Positions 27,167 through 37,094 of a stretch of DNA of 64,000 nucleotides are shown in pieces (within the stretch, counting starts at the first letter, position 1; the number at the start of each line of letters is the position of its first letter). This stretch comes from an uncultured Candidatus Saccharibacteria bacterium. GTDB lineage: Bacteria; Patescibacteriota; UBA1384; DTJR01. The stretch lies in assembly GCA_964487045.1 (NCBI GenBank), contig CAZAOT010000002.1, forward strand, positions 53,305-117,304. The letters are read 5' to 3'. The notes beneath the pieces are model-generated. The model was not told the origin of the DNA. It saw only the letters and a program-made list of their open reading frames with translations, and did no database searches. A program made the position numbers and the translations under genes.

Positions 27167-29707
27167 ATGTTAAGCAGTAGCCCATTTAATAAGCTCTCTC
27201 GTAATGCAAAGTTAGTCTTAACTGAGGCTCAGAAGGCCGCAGAATTCGATGGAAAAAATCTAAGAAGCGACTACCTTCTTCTCGCTTTAGTCGAAATACC
27301 AGGCACATTAAGCCACGACATTCTCAAGGAGTACTCAATCAATCTTGACCAAATCAAGATGCTTCTTAGTATTGATAAAACTAAACAGAAAAATCCTGGA
27401 GTAATAGGAGACGAAGCCAAGGATATTCTCAGAATAGCCTTTAGAGTCGCTGCTGATTACGGACATTATTCAGTCGACACAGAACACATTTTAGTTGGAA
27501 TTCTGTCGAGCGAAACGCACGAAGGATATAAATTAATCAAAAAAGTTGGCATCGATCCGAAGCAAATCAAAAGTCAAATTCAAGACATTTTCTCTAATAT
27601 TACCCAGATGGATCAGATGATTACTCATCAGCAGAACACACCTGAATTCGATAAAAACGAACTTGATCACTATGAGGAAAACAGTTTTGATATGCCGCCA
27701 ATGCCAGGGCCTCCTGCACCAGAGATGCAGCAAGATGGGTATTCTATGCCACCGCTCAAGACCCAGTCACCACCTAAAAAAGCAATTGAAGTTTTTGCCA
27801 CAAACTTAGTAGAAAAGGCCAAGAAAGGCGAAATTGACCCAGTTTGGGGACGAGACAATGAGATAGCCAGAGCTACTCAGATACTCCTGCGCAAAGCCAA
27901 AAACAACCCTGTATTTATCGGCGAACCAGGAGTGGGGAAGACCGCTATTGTAGAAGGGTTGGCTCTGAGAATCTCACAAGGAAAAGTACCAAGCCCGTTA
28001 ATCGGCAAGAAAATATATCAGCTTGACCTTGGACAAATGATAGCCGGGACGATGTATAGAGGCCAGTTTGAAGATAGGCTCAAGAAAGTTATCTCGGAGA
28101 TAAAGAAAGATAAAAATATTATTATATTTATCGATGAGCTCCACACAATAGTTGGTGCCGGATCAGCTGAGGGCTCTATGGACGCTTCCAACCTTCTGAA
28201 GCCCGCATTAGCTAAGGGCGAAATTAGAATGATTGGAGCGACAACTTTTGACGAATATCGCAAACATTTAGAAAAAGATGCTGCGCTCGAGAGAAGATTG
28301 CAAACAATCAAGGTACTTGAGCCGACGGTTGAAGAAACTATCAGTATATTAAATGGAATCAAAAGCGCGTACGAGAAACATCACAAGGTCAAAGTCGACA
28401 AGTCAGCTATCGAGGCAGCTGCCAGGCTCAGCAAAAAATATATTAATTATCGTTTTCTGCCCGACAAAGCAATTGACCTGATAGACGAAGCTTCAGCAGC
28501 TAAGACTTTGGAAAAAAATACATCAGAAGTCCGCGATAAATTAAACAAAATTAGACATAAAATCGAAGAGCTTTCGGCATTTAAGGAGCGATTAATCAGT
28601 GAAGAAAAATTCGAGCAAGCCGCCAAAGTCAGAGATGAAGAGCTTAAGCAATTAGAGATTGAGAAGGGGATGCTTGATAGTGAAACAACAGGCGATGAGA
28701 AAATCACTGATCGAGATATTGCTAGACTAATCTCAGAAATTTCCGGAATTCCAGCTGGAGAAATCCTAGAAGATGAAATTAAGAAATTTATGACTATCGA
28801 AAAAGATTTATCTAGTCATATCGCTGGTCAAAAAGAGGCGATAGGGGAGATTGCAAAATCTCTAAGGCGCAACCGTTCGGGAATTTCGAGTGGCGATCGA
28901 CCAATAGGATCATTTATCTTCTTAGGCCCCAGTGGAGTGGGAAAAACTGAAGTTGCTAGAGTCCTAGCAAGGCATATTTACGGATCAGAAAACGCTCTTA
29001 TCAAACTCGACATGAGTGAATTTATGGAACGACATAATACTGCGCTACTAGTTGGCGCCCCTCCTGGCTATGTAGGATATGAAGATGCTGGTAAATTGAC
29101 CGAAGCAGTCAGAAAAAATCCCTATAGCGTAATCTTGTTTGATGAGATTGAGAAGGCTCATCCCGATGTTTTTAATATTTTGTTGCAACTTCTTGACGAG
29201 GGAAGATTAACTGACGCGAAGGGAAGGAAAGTAGACTTCACTCATTCGGTAATTATCATGACCTCAAATATAGGTATCGAAGAATATAATAAGATAAGTA
29301 AGTTTGGATTTATCGATGGTAGCGATAAAGCACAAGATATCAAAGATAAAGTTAAAGATGATCTTAAGAAAGTATTTAAGCCAGAGCTCGTCAACCGAAT
29401 AGATCGAGTAATTGTATTTGACCCATTGACTGAAGACGAATTCAAAATTATTGCTAAGATTCATCTTGATAAATTAAAGGATAAACTCAAAATAAAGAAA
29501 ATATCCCTTTCCTATGATCAAAAGACCATCGAGAAGCTATCGAAGCTTGCCAGCGATAAAGTATTTGGAGCAAGACCACTTATTCGCGAGATTGAACATA
29601 GCATCTCTGATGAGATTTCAAGCCTTATAATTAGCGGTAAAATAAAAGAAGGCGATAAAGTAAAGATTTATGAGCGACAAGGAAACATCAAAATCGCAAA
29701 AGCTTGA
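27167..29707 (+). CDS. clpC: ATP-dependent Clp protease ATP-binding subunit
   Basis: Clp-N repeats, [31 protein letters not shown] and UVR-like M-domain. Confidence 0.93.
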   Translation: MLSSSPFNKLSRNAKLVLTEAQKAAEFDGKNLRSDYLLLALVEIPGTLSHDILKEYSINLDQIKMLLSIDKTKQKNPGVIGDEAKDILRIAFRVAADYGHYSVDTEHILVGILSSETHEGYKLIKKVGIDPKQIKSQIQDIFSNITQMDQMITHQQNTPEFDKNELDHYEENSFDMPPMPGPPAPEMQQDGYSMPPLKTQSPPKKAIEVFATNLVEKAKKGEIDPVWGRDNEIARATQILLRKAKNNPVFIGEPGVGKTAIVEGLALRISQGKVPSPLIGKKIYQLDLGQMIAGTMYRGQFEDRLKKVISEIKKDKNIIIFIDELHTIVGAGSAEGSMDASNLLKPALAKGEIRMIGATTFDEYRKHLEKDAALERRLQTIKVLEPTVEETISILNGIKSAYEKHHKVKVDKSAIEAAARLSKKYINYRFLPDKAIDLIDEASAAKTLEKNTSEVRDKLNKIRHKIEELSAFKERLISEEKFEQAAKVRDEELKQLEIEKGMLDSETTGDEKITDRDIARLISEISGIPAGEILEDEIKKFMTIEKDLSSHIAGQKEAIGEIAKSLRRNRSGISSGDRPIGSFIFLGPSGVGKTEVARVLARHIYGSENALIKLDMSEFMERHNTALLVGAPPGYVGYEDAGKLTEAVRKNPYSVILFDEIEKAHPDVFNILLQLLDEGRLTDAKGRKVDFTHSVIIMTSNIGIEEYNKISKFGFIDGSDKAQDIKDKVKDDLKKVFKPELVNRIDRVIVFDPLTEDEFKIIAKIHLDKLKDKLKIKKISLSYDQKTIEKLSKLASDKVFGARPLIREIEHSISDEISSLIISGKIKEGDKVKIYERQGNIKIAKA

Positions 29708-31169
29708 AGCGAAGCTTATCTCAAAGCTCGGGTACATATCGCAAAGCGATCTAGCCAAAGTACACCGAGCTATTGAGTTTAGCCGAAAAGCTCATTTTGG
29801 CATGAAAAGGTATTCCGGTGAGGATTATATTATCCATCCGATCTCAGTGGCACTAAAGCTAGCCGAACTAAAACTTGACTCTACATCGATAATTTCTGCC
29901 CTTCTTCATGACACAGTCGAAGACACAGAAATTACAACCATGCAGATAAGAAAAATGTTTAATTCGGAAATTGCCAATATGGTTGAGTCGGTTACAAAAC
30001 TTAGCTCAGTCAGAATCAAGAAAACCTGGTTTCCACTAATAAAGCAGACGCAGGAGGAGATTTCTCAATTCGAACGCCAGGCGGAAACTCTTCGAAAAAT
30101 GCTTATTGCGATGAGCCGCGACGTAAGAGTAATTATTATTAAACTAGCTGATAAAATTCATAATCTTGAAACCTTGGAATACTTGCCTCAAGACAAGAGA
30201 GAGCGAATTGCCAAGGAAGCAATAGAAATTTACGCTCCAATCGCTGGAAGACTCGGAATGGGTGAGTGGCGAGGGGAGCTTGAGGATTTATCATTTCCTT
30301 TTGTATATCCCCAAGAAAACAAAGAGCTTTTATCCCTAGCAATTCCACAAATTCAAGAAAGAGAAAAATATCTTAAAAAATTAACAATCAGGCTAAATAA
30401 GCTTCTTAAGGAAAATAAAATAGAAGCAGAAGTTAATTTCAGAGCAAAAAAGTGGTACAGCCTGTTTAAAAAATTACAAAAATACAACAATAACCTTGAA
30501 AAAATATATGACCTAATTGCCGTTAGAATAATTGTCGAGTCCATAGAAGACTGTTATGGAGCACTCGGGATAATTCACAGCGTTTGGCGACCACTCTTGG
30601 GTAGAATCAAGGATTATGTCGCTCTACCAAAACCAAACGGATATCAATCAATTCACACTACCGTATTTGCTGACGAAGGAAAGATCGTAGAGTTTCAGAT
30701 TAGAACTCGCAAGATGCACCGACAAGCAGAGTTTGGTATCGCATCGCACTGGATTTACGCTGACGCGAAAACTTCAAAGCTGCCAAATAAAGATGAGCTA
30801 AAGTGGATAGATGATTTCTATCGAGTTCAGAAACAGCTTCGTTCTCCTGAGGAATTGTTTAAATATCTTAAAATGGATCTCTTTGAAGACAGAATTTTCG
30901 TATTTACTCCTCAAGGAGATGTGAAGGACTTACCGGCTGGTGCTACCCCAATCGACCTTGCTTATTCAGTTCACACCGCCCTTGGCAACCGCTGTATCGG
31001 CGCCAAGGTCAATGGAAAGATTGCTCCACTTGATAGTAGTTTGCACAATGGCGACATCGTCGCGATTATTAAAAAAGAAAGCGCCAGGCCTCATGCTGAT
31101 TGGCTTAAATTTGTAAAAACAGATATTGCAAGAACTCAAATCAAGAAAGCGACAAACAGGCAATTGTAA
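29670..31169 (+). CDS. rel: RelA/SpoT homolog (HD + synthetase + TGS, no ACT)
   Basis: LLHDTVED, IKLADKIHN, KPNGYQSIHT, EFQIRT and TGS motif VFTPQGDV. Confidence 0.92.
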   Translation: MSDKETSKSQKLEAKLISKLGYISQSDLAKVHRAIEFSRKAHFGMKRYSGEDYIIHPISVALKLAELKLDSTSIISALLHDTVEDTEITTMQIRKMFNSEIANMVESVTKLSSVRIKKTWFPLIKQTQEEISQFERQAETLRKMLIAMSRDVRVIIIKLADKIHNLETLEYLPQDKRERIAKEAIEIYAPIAGRLGMGEWRGELEDLSFPFVYPQENKELLSLAIPQIQEREKYLKKLTIRLNKLLKENKIEAEVNFRAKKWYSLFKKLQKYNNNLEKIYDLIAVRIIVESIEDCYGALGIIHSVWRPLLGRIKDYVALPKPNGYQSIHTTVFADEGKIVEFQIRTRKMHRQAEFGIASHWIYADAKTSKLPNKDELKWIDDFYRVQKQLRSPEELFKYLKMDLFEDRIFVFTPQGDVKDLPAGATPIDLAYSVHTALGNRCIGAKVNGKIAPLDSSLHNGDIVAIIKKESARPHADWLKFVKTDIARTQIKKATNRQL

Positions 31170-31198
31170 TTTGCAGGGTAAATTGATAAAGTTTGATC

Positions 31199-32143
31199 AT
31201 GATCCAAAAACCAAGAGGAACACAAGATTATTTTGGGGAAGAGTTTAAGCTGCGACGAAATATAGAAAACAAATTCGTCGATAGTTTTGTTTCAAAAGGT
31301 TACCAGGGTTTGGAAACACCAATCTTTGAACAAAGAAGCTTATTTGTAAGGTCAGTAGGCGAGCAAACCGATATCGTTCAGAAAGAACTTTTTGACCTAG
31401 AAAAGAAGTCTGATGAAATATATTCACTCCGACCAGAATTTACTGCCGGAATAATCAGGGCACTAGTTGAACTTGGTATGAAAAGCATGCCAAAGCCAAT
31501 TAAAGTTTTTTCGATTGGGCCATGCTTCAGATATGAACGACCACAAAAAGGAAGAAAAAGACAATTCAACCAAATGGACATCGAGCTTATTGGCAAAGCA
31601 TCAGCTGAGATAGATGCGCAGATTATTGCTGATGGATATGAGTTTTTAAAAGACATTTCACTCGAGCCTTCTGTCAGCCTAAATACACTAGGCAGCAAAG
31701 AAACTAGAATAAAATATAGCAGCGCGTTAAAGCAGTTACTTTCTACAAGGAAAGAAAAGCTTTGCGAAAATTGCCTCTCAAGAATGGAAAAAAATCCGCT
31801 TAGAGTTTGGGACTGCAAAGATGAAGCATGCGATCCAGGCGAGATTCCACCAGTTAGTGCCAATCTAACTGAAGAAGAACTTGCTTACTACAATGAAGTG
31901 AAAGAGATACTCACTCAAAAGGGCGTTAAATTCAAGGAGACACCGAGCTTGGTGCGAGGGCTTGATTATTACACTGGAATTATTTTTGAATACAATCTGG
32001 AAGATGATGAGGAAAGAGCTAATTCAGTTGGTGGTGGCGGCAGATACGACGAGCTAATTGGTGAGCTTGGAGGAGGGGATATGCCAGCTGTTGGATTTGG
32101 ACTCGGCTTTGAGCGAATTGTCGAAAAATTGAAAAATATATAA
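31199..32143 (+). CDS. hisS: Histidyl-tRNA synthetase catalytic domain only
   Basis: PRGTQD, LRPEFTA, FRYERPQKGRKRQFNQ, RGLDYYTG, GGGRYD and GFGLGFERI, then stop. Confidence 0.9.
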   Translation: MIQKPRGTQDYFGEEFKLRRNIENKFVDSFVSKGYQGLETPIFEQRSLFVRSVGEQTDIVQKELFDLEKKSDEIYSLRPEFTAGIIRALVELGMKSMPKPIKVFSIGPCFRYERPQKGRKRQFNQMDIELIGKASAEIDAQIIADGYEFLKDISLEPSVSLNTLGSKETRIKYSSALKQLLSTRKEKLCENCLSRMEKNPLRVWDCKDEACDPGEIPPVSANLTEEELAYYNEVKEILTQKGVKFKETPSLVRGLDYYTGIIFEYNLEDDEERANSVGGGGRYDELIGELGGGDMPAVGFGLGFERIVEKLKNI

Positions 32144-32154
32144 ATTTTATTCGT

Positions 32155-32250
32155 AGTGCTGACCTTAACCCCGCACAGCTCCTTACCGCAAAACGAACTA
32201 CGTTCTGTTATTGCTGTAGCGTCGTCTGCGGGGTCTTCGGCCTCAACTAT
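32155..32250. repeat. Intergenic long imperfect hairpin
   Basis: ACCCCGCA..AGC...GCT..TGCGGGGT inverted arms. Confidence 0.5.
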
Positions 32251-32309
32251 TATTTCCCTAAATGTAGAGGCCTTGACATGTTCGCTTTTTGTTTGGTACG
32301 CTTAATTTA

Positions 32310-32915
32310 ATGAAAAAACAGCTCCCGCTCACAAAAAGACAGTCCGAAATTCTTGGCTTTATAAAATTCTTTATTGACGAGAACAGCTATGCTCCAAGCT
32401 ATAGAGAAATCGCTAAGTCACTCAAATTATCATCAGTGGCAACTGTGGCAGAATATATATCGGTACTCGAAATCAAAGGATACCTGACTAAGCAAGGATC
32501 ATGCGCGAGAGCGCTTCAGTTGACTCCCGCCTGGGACGAAAGAACCTTTGAGGTTCAGCTTATTGGAAGAATTGCTGCCGGACATCCCATCGAAGCAATC
32601 CGAACCAACGAGACTATAGATATTCCAAGAGATATGATCGGACCTAATATCTTCGCATTGCAAGTGAGTGGAGACTCGATGAAAGATGATGGAATTTTTG
32701 ATGGTGATTATGTAATTATCGAAAAAACCAATAACCCTAAAAACGGTGACATAGTAGTCGCCTTAGTTGATGAAGATAATGTTACCCTCAAAAGATTCTT
32801 CAGAGAAAAAACCCGTATAAGGCTCCAGCCAGCTAACTCAAATTACAAGCCTATTTATACACGCAAAGCGTTGGTTCAAGGTAGAGTAAAGGGCGTAATA
32901 AGAAAGTATGTTTGA
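32310..32915 (+). CDS. lexA: SOS repressor LexA
   Basis: LTKRQ, PSYREIA, IAAG cleavage site, GDSM and VTLKRF. Confidence 0.95.
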   Translation: MKKQLPLTKRQSEILGFIKFFIDENSYAPSYREIAKSLKLSSVATVAEYISVLEIKGYLTKQGSCARALQLTPAWDERTFEVQLIGRIAAGHPIEAIRTNETIDIPRDMIGPNIFALQVSGDSMKDDGIFDGDYVIIEKTNNPKNGDIVVALVDEDNVTLKRFFREKTRIRLQPANSNYKPIYTRKALVQGRVKGVIRKYV

Positions 32916-32955
32916 GACTATTGACGCGAAAAAAATATGTTATAATTAGTTTATT

Positions 32956-33591
32956 ATGGCTAAATCATTAGATATTATCGATCCAAAAAAAGAAATTTCG
33001 ACCGAAGACGAAAGGCTTGATGAAGGAGATGACATGATAAGAGCTCGATCCGAAAGAAAGGAAGAGGGCGGTGGTGGTTTGTTTTATTTGATTATTGGTA
33101 TTATTGCCGTTATTGTCTCAACATCACTAGCTCTATATATCTTGTTTAAAGATGATAGCTCGTCTAATAAAGCTGCTACTGCGTCAGTTACCTCAACTTC
33201 TACTGCCGCAGCCTCTAGCACTTCCACTGCAAGCGCAACAGTAAGTTCTTCAGCTACCGGAACACAAGTTGCATCAGCTAGCCCAGCAGCGTCTCAGGCC
33301 TCTTCGAGTTTTAAATACACAAATGAGCAAATAAGAATCGCTAACGGAAATGGAATCAGTGGCGAGGCTGCTAAAGTACAAACTCTACTTGAGGGCAAAG
33401 GATACAAAATTACTTCAGTAGGAAATGCATCCAAAACATACGAAACTTCTATCGTTTACTACAAGACTGGACAAGAAGCATTGGCTGAAACACTTAAGAA
33501 AGACATCTCCTCACTTTATACCGCTACTGTAGAAAAATCAGACTCCGTAGTCGGTAGTTATGACGCAGTTATTGCCCTCGGCGCTAAGTAA
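32956..33591 (+). CDS. LytR C-terminal-domain membrane protein
   Basis: TM helix, Ser/Thr linker, IANGNGISGEA...VGNA...VIALG. Confidence 0.8.
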   Translation: MAKSLDIIDPKKEISTEDERLDEGDDMIRARSERKEEGGGGLFYLIIGIIAVIVSTSLALYILFKDDSSSNKAATASVTSTSTAAASSTSTASATVSSSATGTQVASASPAASQASSSFKYTNEQIRIANGNGISGEAAKVQTLLEGKGYKITSVGNASKTYETSIVYYKTGQEALAETLKKDISSLYTATVEKSDSVVGSYDAVIALGAK

Positions 33592-34174
33592 CTCTCTCGT
33601 TTTCACGCTAGGACTAATAGTTTTGTTTTTTGTTTTACGATATTTGCTTTTATACCTCTCTAGCGACAAACCACTTATTTATTATTTGATACTTTTTCCT
33701 GGAGTGATAATTCATGAGCTTTCTCACGTAATCTTTTGCCTTATCACATTTACTCGAATAAAGTCTCTTAAGCTCTTTTCAAAGAGCGGGGGATTCGTGA
33801 TTCACAACAAACCAAGATGGCTATGGGTGAGCTTCATAATCTCAGTTGCGCCAATATTAGTTGGATCGGTAATTTTATTTATAACGATGAGATATTTTTC
33901 AAATCAAACAATCCTAAGCGCCTTAAATATTAAAAGTCTCTTCTTGCTCTACTTCTTAAGCAGCATCGTCATAACAATGCTGCCCAGCAAGCAAGACTTT
34001 CTGAACGCAGCGAGTGTCTATATCGCGATATTTATAGCTATAATCTGCTACTATTTTCTCTCTGACAACAAGATTTTCTTTGTCCAGCTCAATACATTGA
34101 TTGTATTTGGCTGCCTGATACTTCTTGTGATCAATTTATTATTCTATAGCCTAAGGAAAGTTGTATGGAAATAA
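33560..34174 (+). CDS. M50-like intramembrane metallopeptidase
   Basis: PGVIIHELSH, ISVAP and PSKQD; multiple TM helices. Start uncertain. Confidence 0.7.
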   Translation: MTQLLPSALSNSLVFTLGLIVLFFVLRYLLLYLSSDKPLIYYLILFPGVIIHELSHVIFCLITFTRIKSLKLFSKSGGFVIHNKPRWLWVSFIISVAPILVGSVILFITMRYFSNQTILSALNIKSLFLLYFLSSIVITMLPSKQDFLNAASVYIAIFIAIICYYFLSDNKIFFVQLNTLIVFGCLILLVINLLFYSLRKVVWK

Positions 34175-34398
34175 AAATAGAAGTTAAGGCTAACGCAGCA
34201 AGAGATAAGCTACTTACGAAAAACGGGAAGATAATTGTGCAAACAAAACAGCCCGACAAGAATAATTTAGCAAATCAAGGCGTTATAGATATTCTGTCAA
34301 AACACTTTGCTGTAGGTGAGGATAAAATCAAAATAATTAAGGGCTTTAAAAGTAAAAATAAAATTGTAGAGGTAAAAAATGAAAATAATCTCGCTTAA
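34165..34398 (+). CDS. DUF167 (YggU-like) protein
   Basis: VKANA...AN..VI..LS..F...I.IIKGFKSKNK. Confidence 0.8.
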   Translation: MEIKIEVKANAARDKLLTKNGKIIVQTKQPDKNNLANQGVIDILSKHFAVGEDKIKIIKGFKSKNKIVEVKNENNLA

Positions 34399-34774
34399 AA
34401 AAGGGGACAAGGTAGTCGAAAGTCTAACGAAAATTGTAAGTAAGGAAGATATCAAAAGTGGACTCTTAGTTGGACTTGGAGCTCTAACAGAAGCGCAGCT
34501 TATGGTTTACGACCTTGGGACAAAGTCGTATTCATCAAAGAATCTCTCGGGGACACTTGAGGTAGGCAACTTTACTTCGATTATCGCGAAGGACCCACAA
34601 GGTCAAGCACATATCCATCCTCATATAACCTTATGTGATAAGGATTTTAATACATACTGTGGGCATCTTAAGGAGGGGATAGTTGGTGCAACTCTAGAGA
34701 TAGTAATTTTTGAATCGACCCAAGATATAAAGCGATACGAGGATAGTGAGATTGGATTAAATTTGATAAAATAG
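34379..34774 (+). CDS. PPC/DUF296 domain protein
   Basis: GLGAL, HIHPHITL, GHLKEG and ATLEI. Confidence 0.85.
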   Translation: MKIISLKKGDKVVESLTKIVSKEDIKSGLLVGLGALTEAQLMVYDLGTKSYSSKNLSGTLEVGNFTSIIAKDPQGQAHIHPHITLCDKDFNTYCGHLKEGIVGATLEIVIFESTQDIKRYEDSEIGLNLIK

Positions 34775-34866
34775 AATTAACAAAGTTAAAAAAGCCCCAC
34801 TTCGCCCAGAAGGGCTTCGCGGGGTTTCCTGTTCTCCCAAGGAGGGAAACAGGAGCAAGGGGAAAT

Positions 34867-35940
34867 ATGAAGGAGTTTTTTGCGAAATTGTTTGGTGAGA
34901 AAAAATATCGCAATGTATTTATCATTTGCGTTGTTCTGGCAATATTAATCGTAACAGGAGCAATTGCCGCGAAATACTATAATCAAAAACCGCAATATGC
35001 TGGTTCTAAAAATACAGGATTGCAAAAAGCTACTCAAAAGACTATTTGCCTGTTGGATGGGCAGGCTTATGATGCAGATAAAGCCACAAGGCATCCACTT
35101 GCTATAATCGTAGAAAACCATCCAGATGCTAGACCACAATCGGGTCTAATAGATGCTTCAATTGTGTATGAAGCAATAACCGAGGGTGGAATTACTAGAT
35201 TTTTAGCAATATTTGGGCCAACAGACACAAATGAAATTGGACCAATTAGAAGCGCAAGACTCTTTTTTATGGACTATCTTAAGGAGTATGACGCCTTTTT
35301 TGCACACGCTGGGGGAAATGAGGACGCACTTGCAAATATAGATAAGTACTCGATCAAAGATATACCTCATACCGAACCTTATTATAGAAGAGATTATAAA
35401 GGTAGAAGCGTCGCGAGCGAGCACACTTTATACTCATCTACCGAACAACTCTATGCTCTAGCTAAGGCTAGGGGATTCGATACAACTAAATCTGACTACT
35501 CTGCGATGAAATTTAAGGTAGATGGACCAGCCGAACCAACAGGCAAAGGTGTAGAGATTAATTTCTCATCTGAGAGCTATAAGGTTACATGGGCCTTCGA
35601 CACTGCTACAAATTCCTACTTAAGATCAATGGCAGGCGCTCCACATAAAGACAGAACTTCCAGCAACCAGATAACAGCGAAGAATATCGTCATACAAACA
35701 GTCGATAGAACCTACCAGCCGACCGGAAGCTACGGATCTTCGAACTATGTCTTTAAAAATATCGGTGAGGGAAATGCTTATGTACTAGAGGACGGCAAAA
35801 CAATTAAAGCAAAATGGAAGAAAGCTTCTCTAACATCAAGGACAAAGTTCTATGACGAATCAGGCGCAGAAATATCCTTTAATCCAGGTAAGACTTGGTA
35901 CGAGATAGTTCCACCTGAAGTGACTCCAAGCTTCATCTAA
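34867..35940 (+). CDS. DUF3048 domain protein
   Basis: ENHPDARPQSGL, EGGITRF, GPIRSAR and HAGG. Confidence 0.88.
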   Translation: MKEFFAKLFGEKKYRNVFIICVVLAILIVTGAIAAKYYNQKPQYAGSKNTGLQKATQKTICLLDGQAYDADKATRHPLAIIVENHPDARPQSGLIDASIVYEAITEGGITRFLAIFGPTDTNEIGPIRSARLFFMDYLKEYDAFFAHAGGNEDALANIDKYSIKDIPHTEPYYRRDYKGRSVASEHTLYSSTEQLYALAKARGFDTTKSDYSAMKFKVDGPAEPTGKGVEINFSSESYKVTWAFDTATNSYLRSMAGAPHKDRTSSNQITAKNIVIQTVDRTYQPTGSYGSSNYVFKNIGEGNAYVLEDGKTIKAKWKKASLTSRTKFYDESGAEISFNPGKTWYEIVPPEVTPSFI

Positions 35941-35956
35941 AAAAACAAGCGAATCG

Positions 35957-35984
35957 AAAAAGCCCCCTCGCGGGGGCTTTTTCT
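35957..35984. terminator. Bidirectional terminator
   Basis: AAAAAGCCCCC-TCGC-GGGGGCTTTTT. Confidence 0.85.
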
Positions 35985-36013
35985 TGCACAAACTTACTTT
36001 GCTGAAAAGTAAG

Positions 36014-36640
36014 TTAGATGCTGTTCATAACGCTTTTTACAAGTTCAACATAACTTCTAGAGTGATTATAGTTGAATAAAGCGCTATCTATGTCTCCTCT
36101 GTCAGCTCCACCAGCAGCTAACAAGTTAGCTCCGGCGAAAACAGAGTCTCTAAGAGAACAGATATCGTTTCCTTCGTTGGCGTAATGCCTAAACGTTGAT
36201 GGCATAAACTGCATCGGACCAGTAGCACCAGCATAAGATTTTTTACATCCGCCGGTAGACTTACCAGTTTCGACTTGGTGAACAGCTTCAATAAGCTTCC
36301 AGTCTATACCAAACTTGTTAGCAGCTTCCCTATAAAGGGTTCTTAACTGCTCAAGTGAATAATCAGCAGCAACCGGAGCACTAGAAGTTACCTCAGCAAC
36401 TTGTACTCTTTCGCGAGCAACAAGCTGTCTTTGTTCTGAAGCGTTAATTTTCTTTTGGGCTTCCGATAGGCCAATTACAAACTCAACGTTTGGCTTGGGC
36501 CTTTCGATTTTAAGGTTCTTGTTTACCGAGAGCATAATTTTCTTAGGCTCGGCGGCTTCGTCTTGCGAGCTTGCATGGAGCGGTTGTAAGGCTCCCCAAA
36601 CTAAGACGAGCATTGTTAGAGGAAGAATGTAATTCTTCAT
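36014..36640 (-). CDS. Secreted lytic transglycosylase (SLT-like)
   Basis: Signal peptide, AVHQVET, SYAGATGPMQFMPSTF and ALFNYNHS. Confidence 0.88.
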   Translation of the reverse strand: MKNYILPLTMLVLVWGALQPLHASSQDEAAEPKKIMLSVNKNLKIERPKPNVEFVIGLSEAQKKINASEQRQLVARERVQVAEVTSSAPVAADYSLEQLRTLYREAANKFGIDWKLIEAVHQVETGKSTGGCKKSYAGATGPMQFMPSTFRHYANEGNDICSLRDSVFAGANLLAAGGADRGDIDSALFNYNHSRSYVELVKSVMNSI

Positions 36641-36892
36641 TGAAATAAAAATCTTCCGATGTTTCGGAAGAAGGTTAGGATTATATCAGAAAATGATAAT
36701 TTGTCAAGCCCCAAGGGCATATTTATAGCTATTTTAGGCAAGTTTGAACCTGTTAAGTAGAAATGCTATAAAATTTGAACCTGTAAATATTGAGAAAAAT
36801 ACAAATTTTGGGGCATAAAAACTATTGACAATTTGCCCATTATATGGTAAGTTTACCCCTTGCTTGATTCGCCCAGCTTGAAAAAAGTATTG

Positions 36893-37026
36893 AGGGCAGA
36901 ATTCCAGCTGGGAATTGCGGAGAGTTGCTTCAAATTTTTAAATGAAGCAGTGCCCCTCCTTCCCTTTTCCTGGCTGGAATCCTGCCCTTTTATAAAACCC
37001 GAGGATAGCGCTTTAGCGCTACTCGA
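36893..37026 (+). promoter_or_regulatory. Long structured 5' leader of the secreted-protein operon
   Basis: AGGGCAGAATTCCAGC...GCTGGAATCCTGCCCT long stem plus TAGCGCT/AGCGCTA hairpin, downstream of a TTGACA promoter (~36825). Confidence 0.6.
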
Positions 37027-37094
37027 GTTCTAGGGCAATACGTTCCTTGACATAAGGCAACAACTCGGCGCAACCAGCGCCAAGGAGGAAAGAG

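Noticed and set aside
31199-32143. HisZ (ATP-PRT regulatory subunit) call
   Set aside because: Catalytic HisRS motifs are intact, and there is no his operon context.
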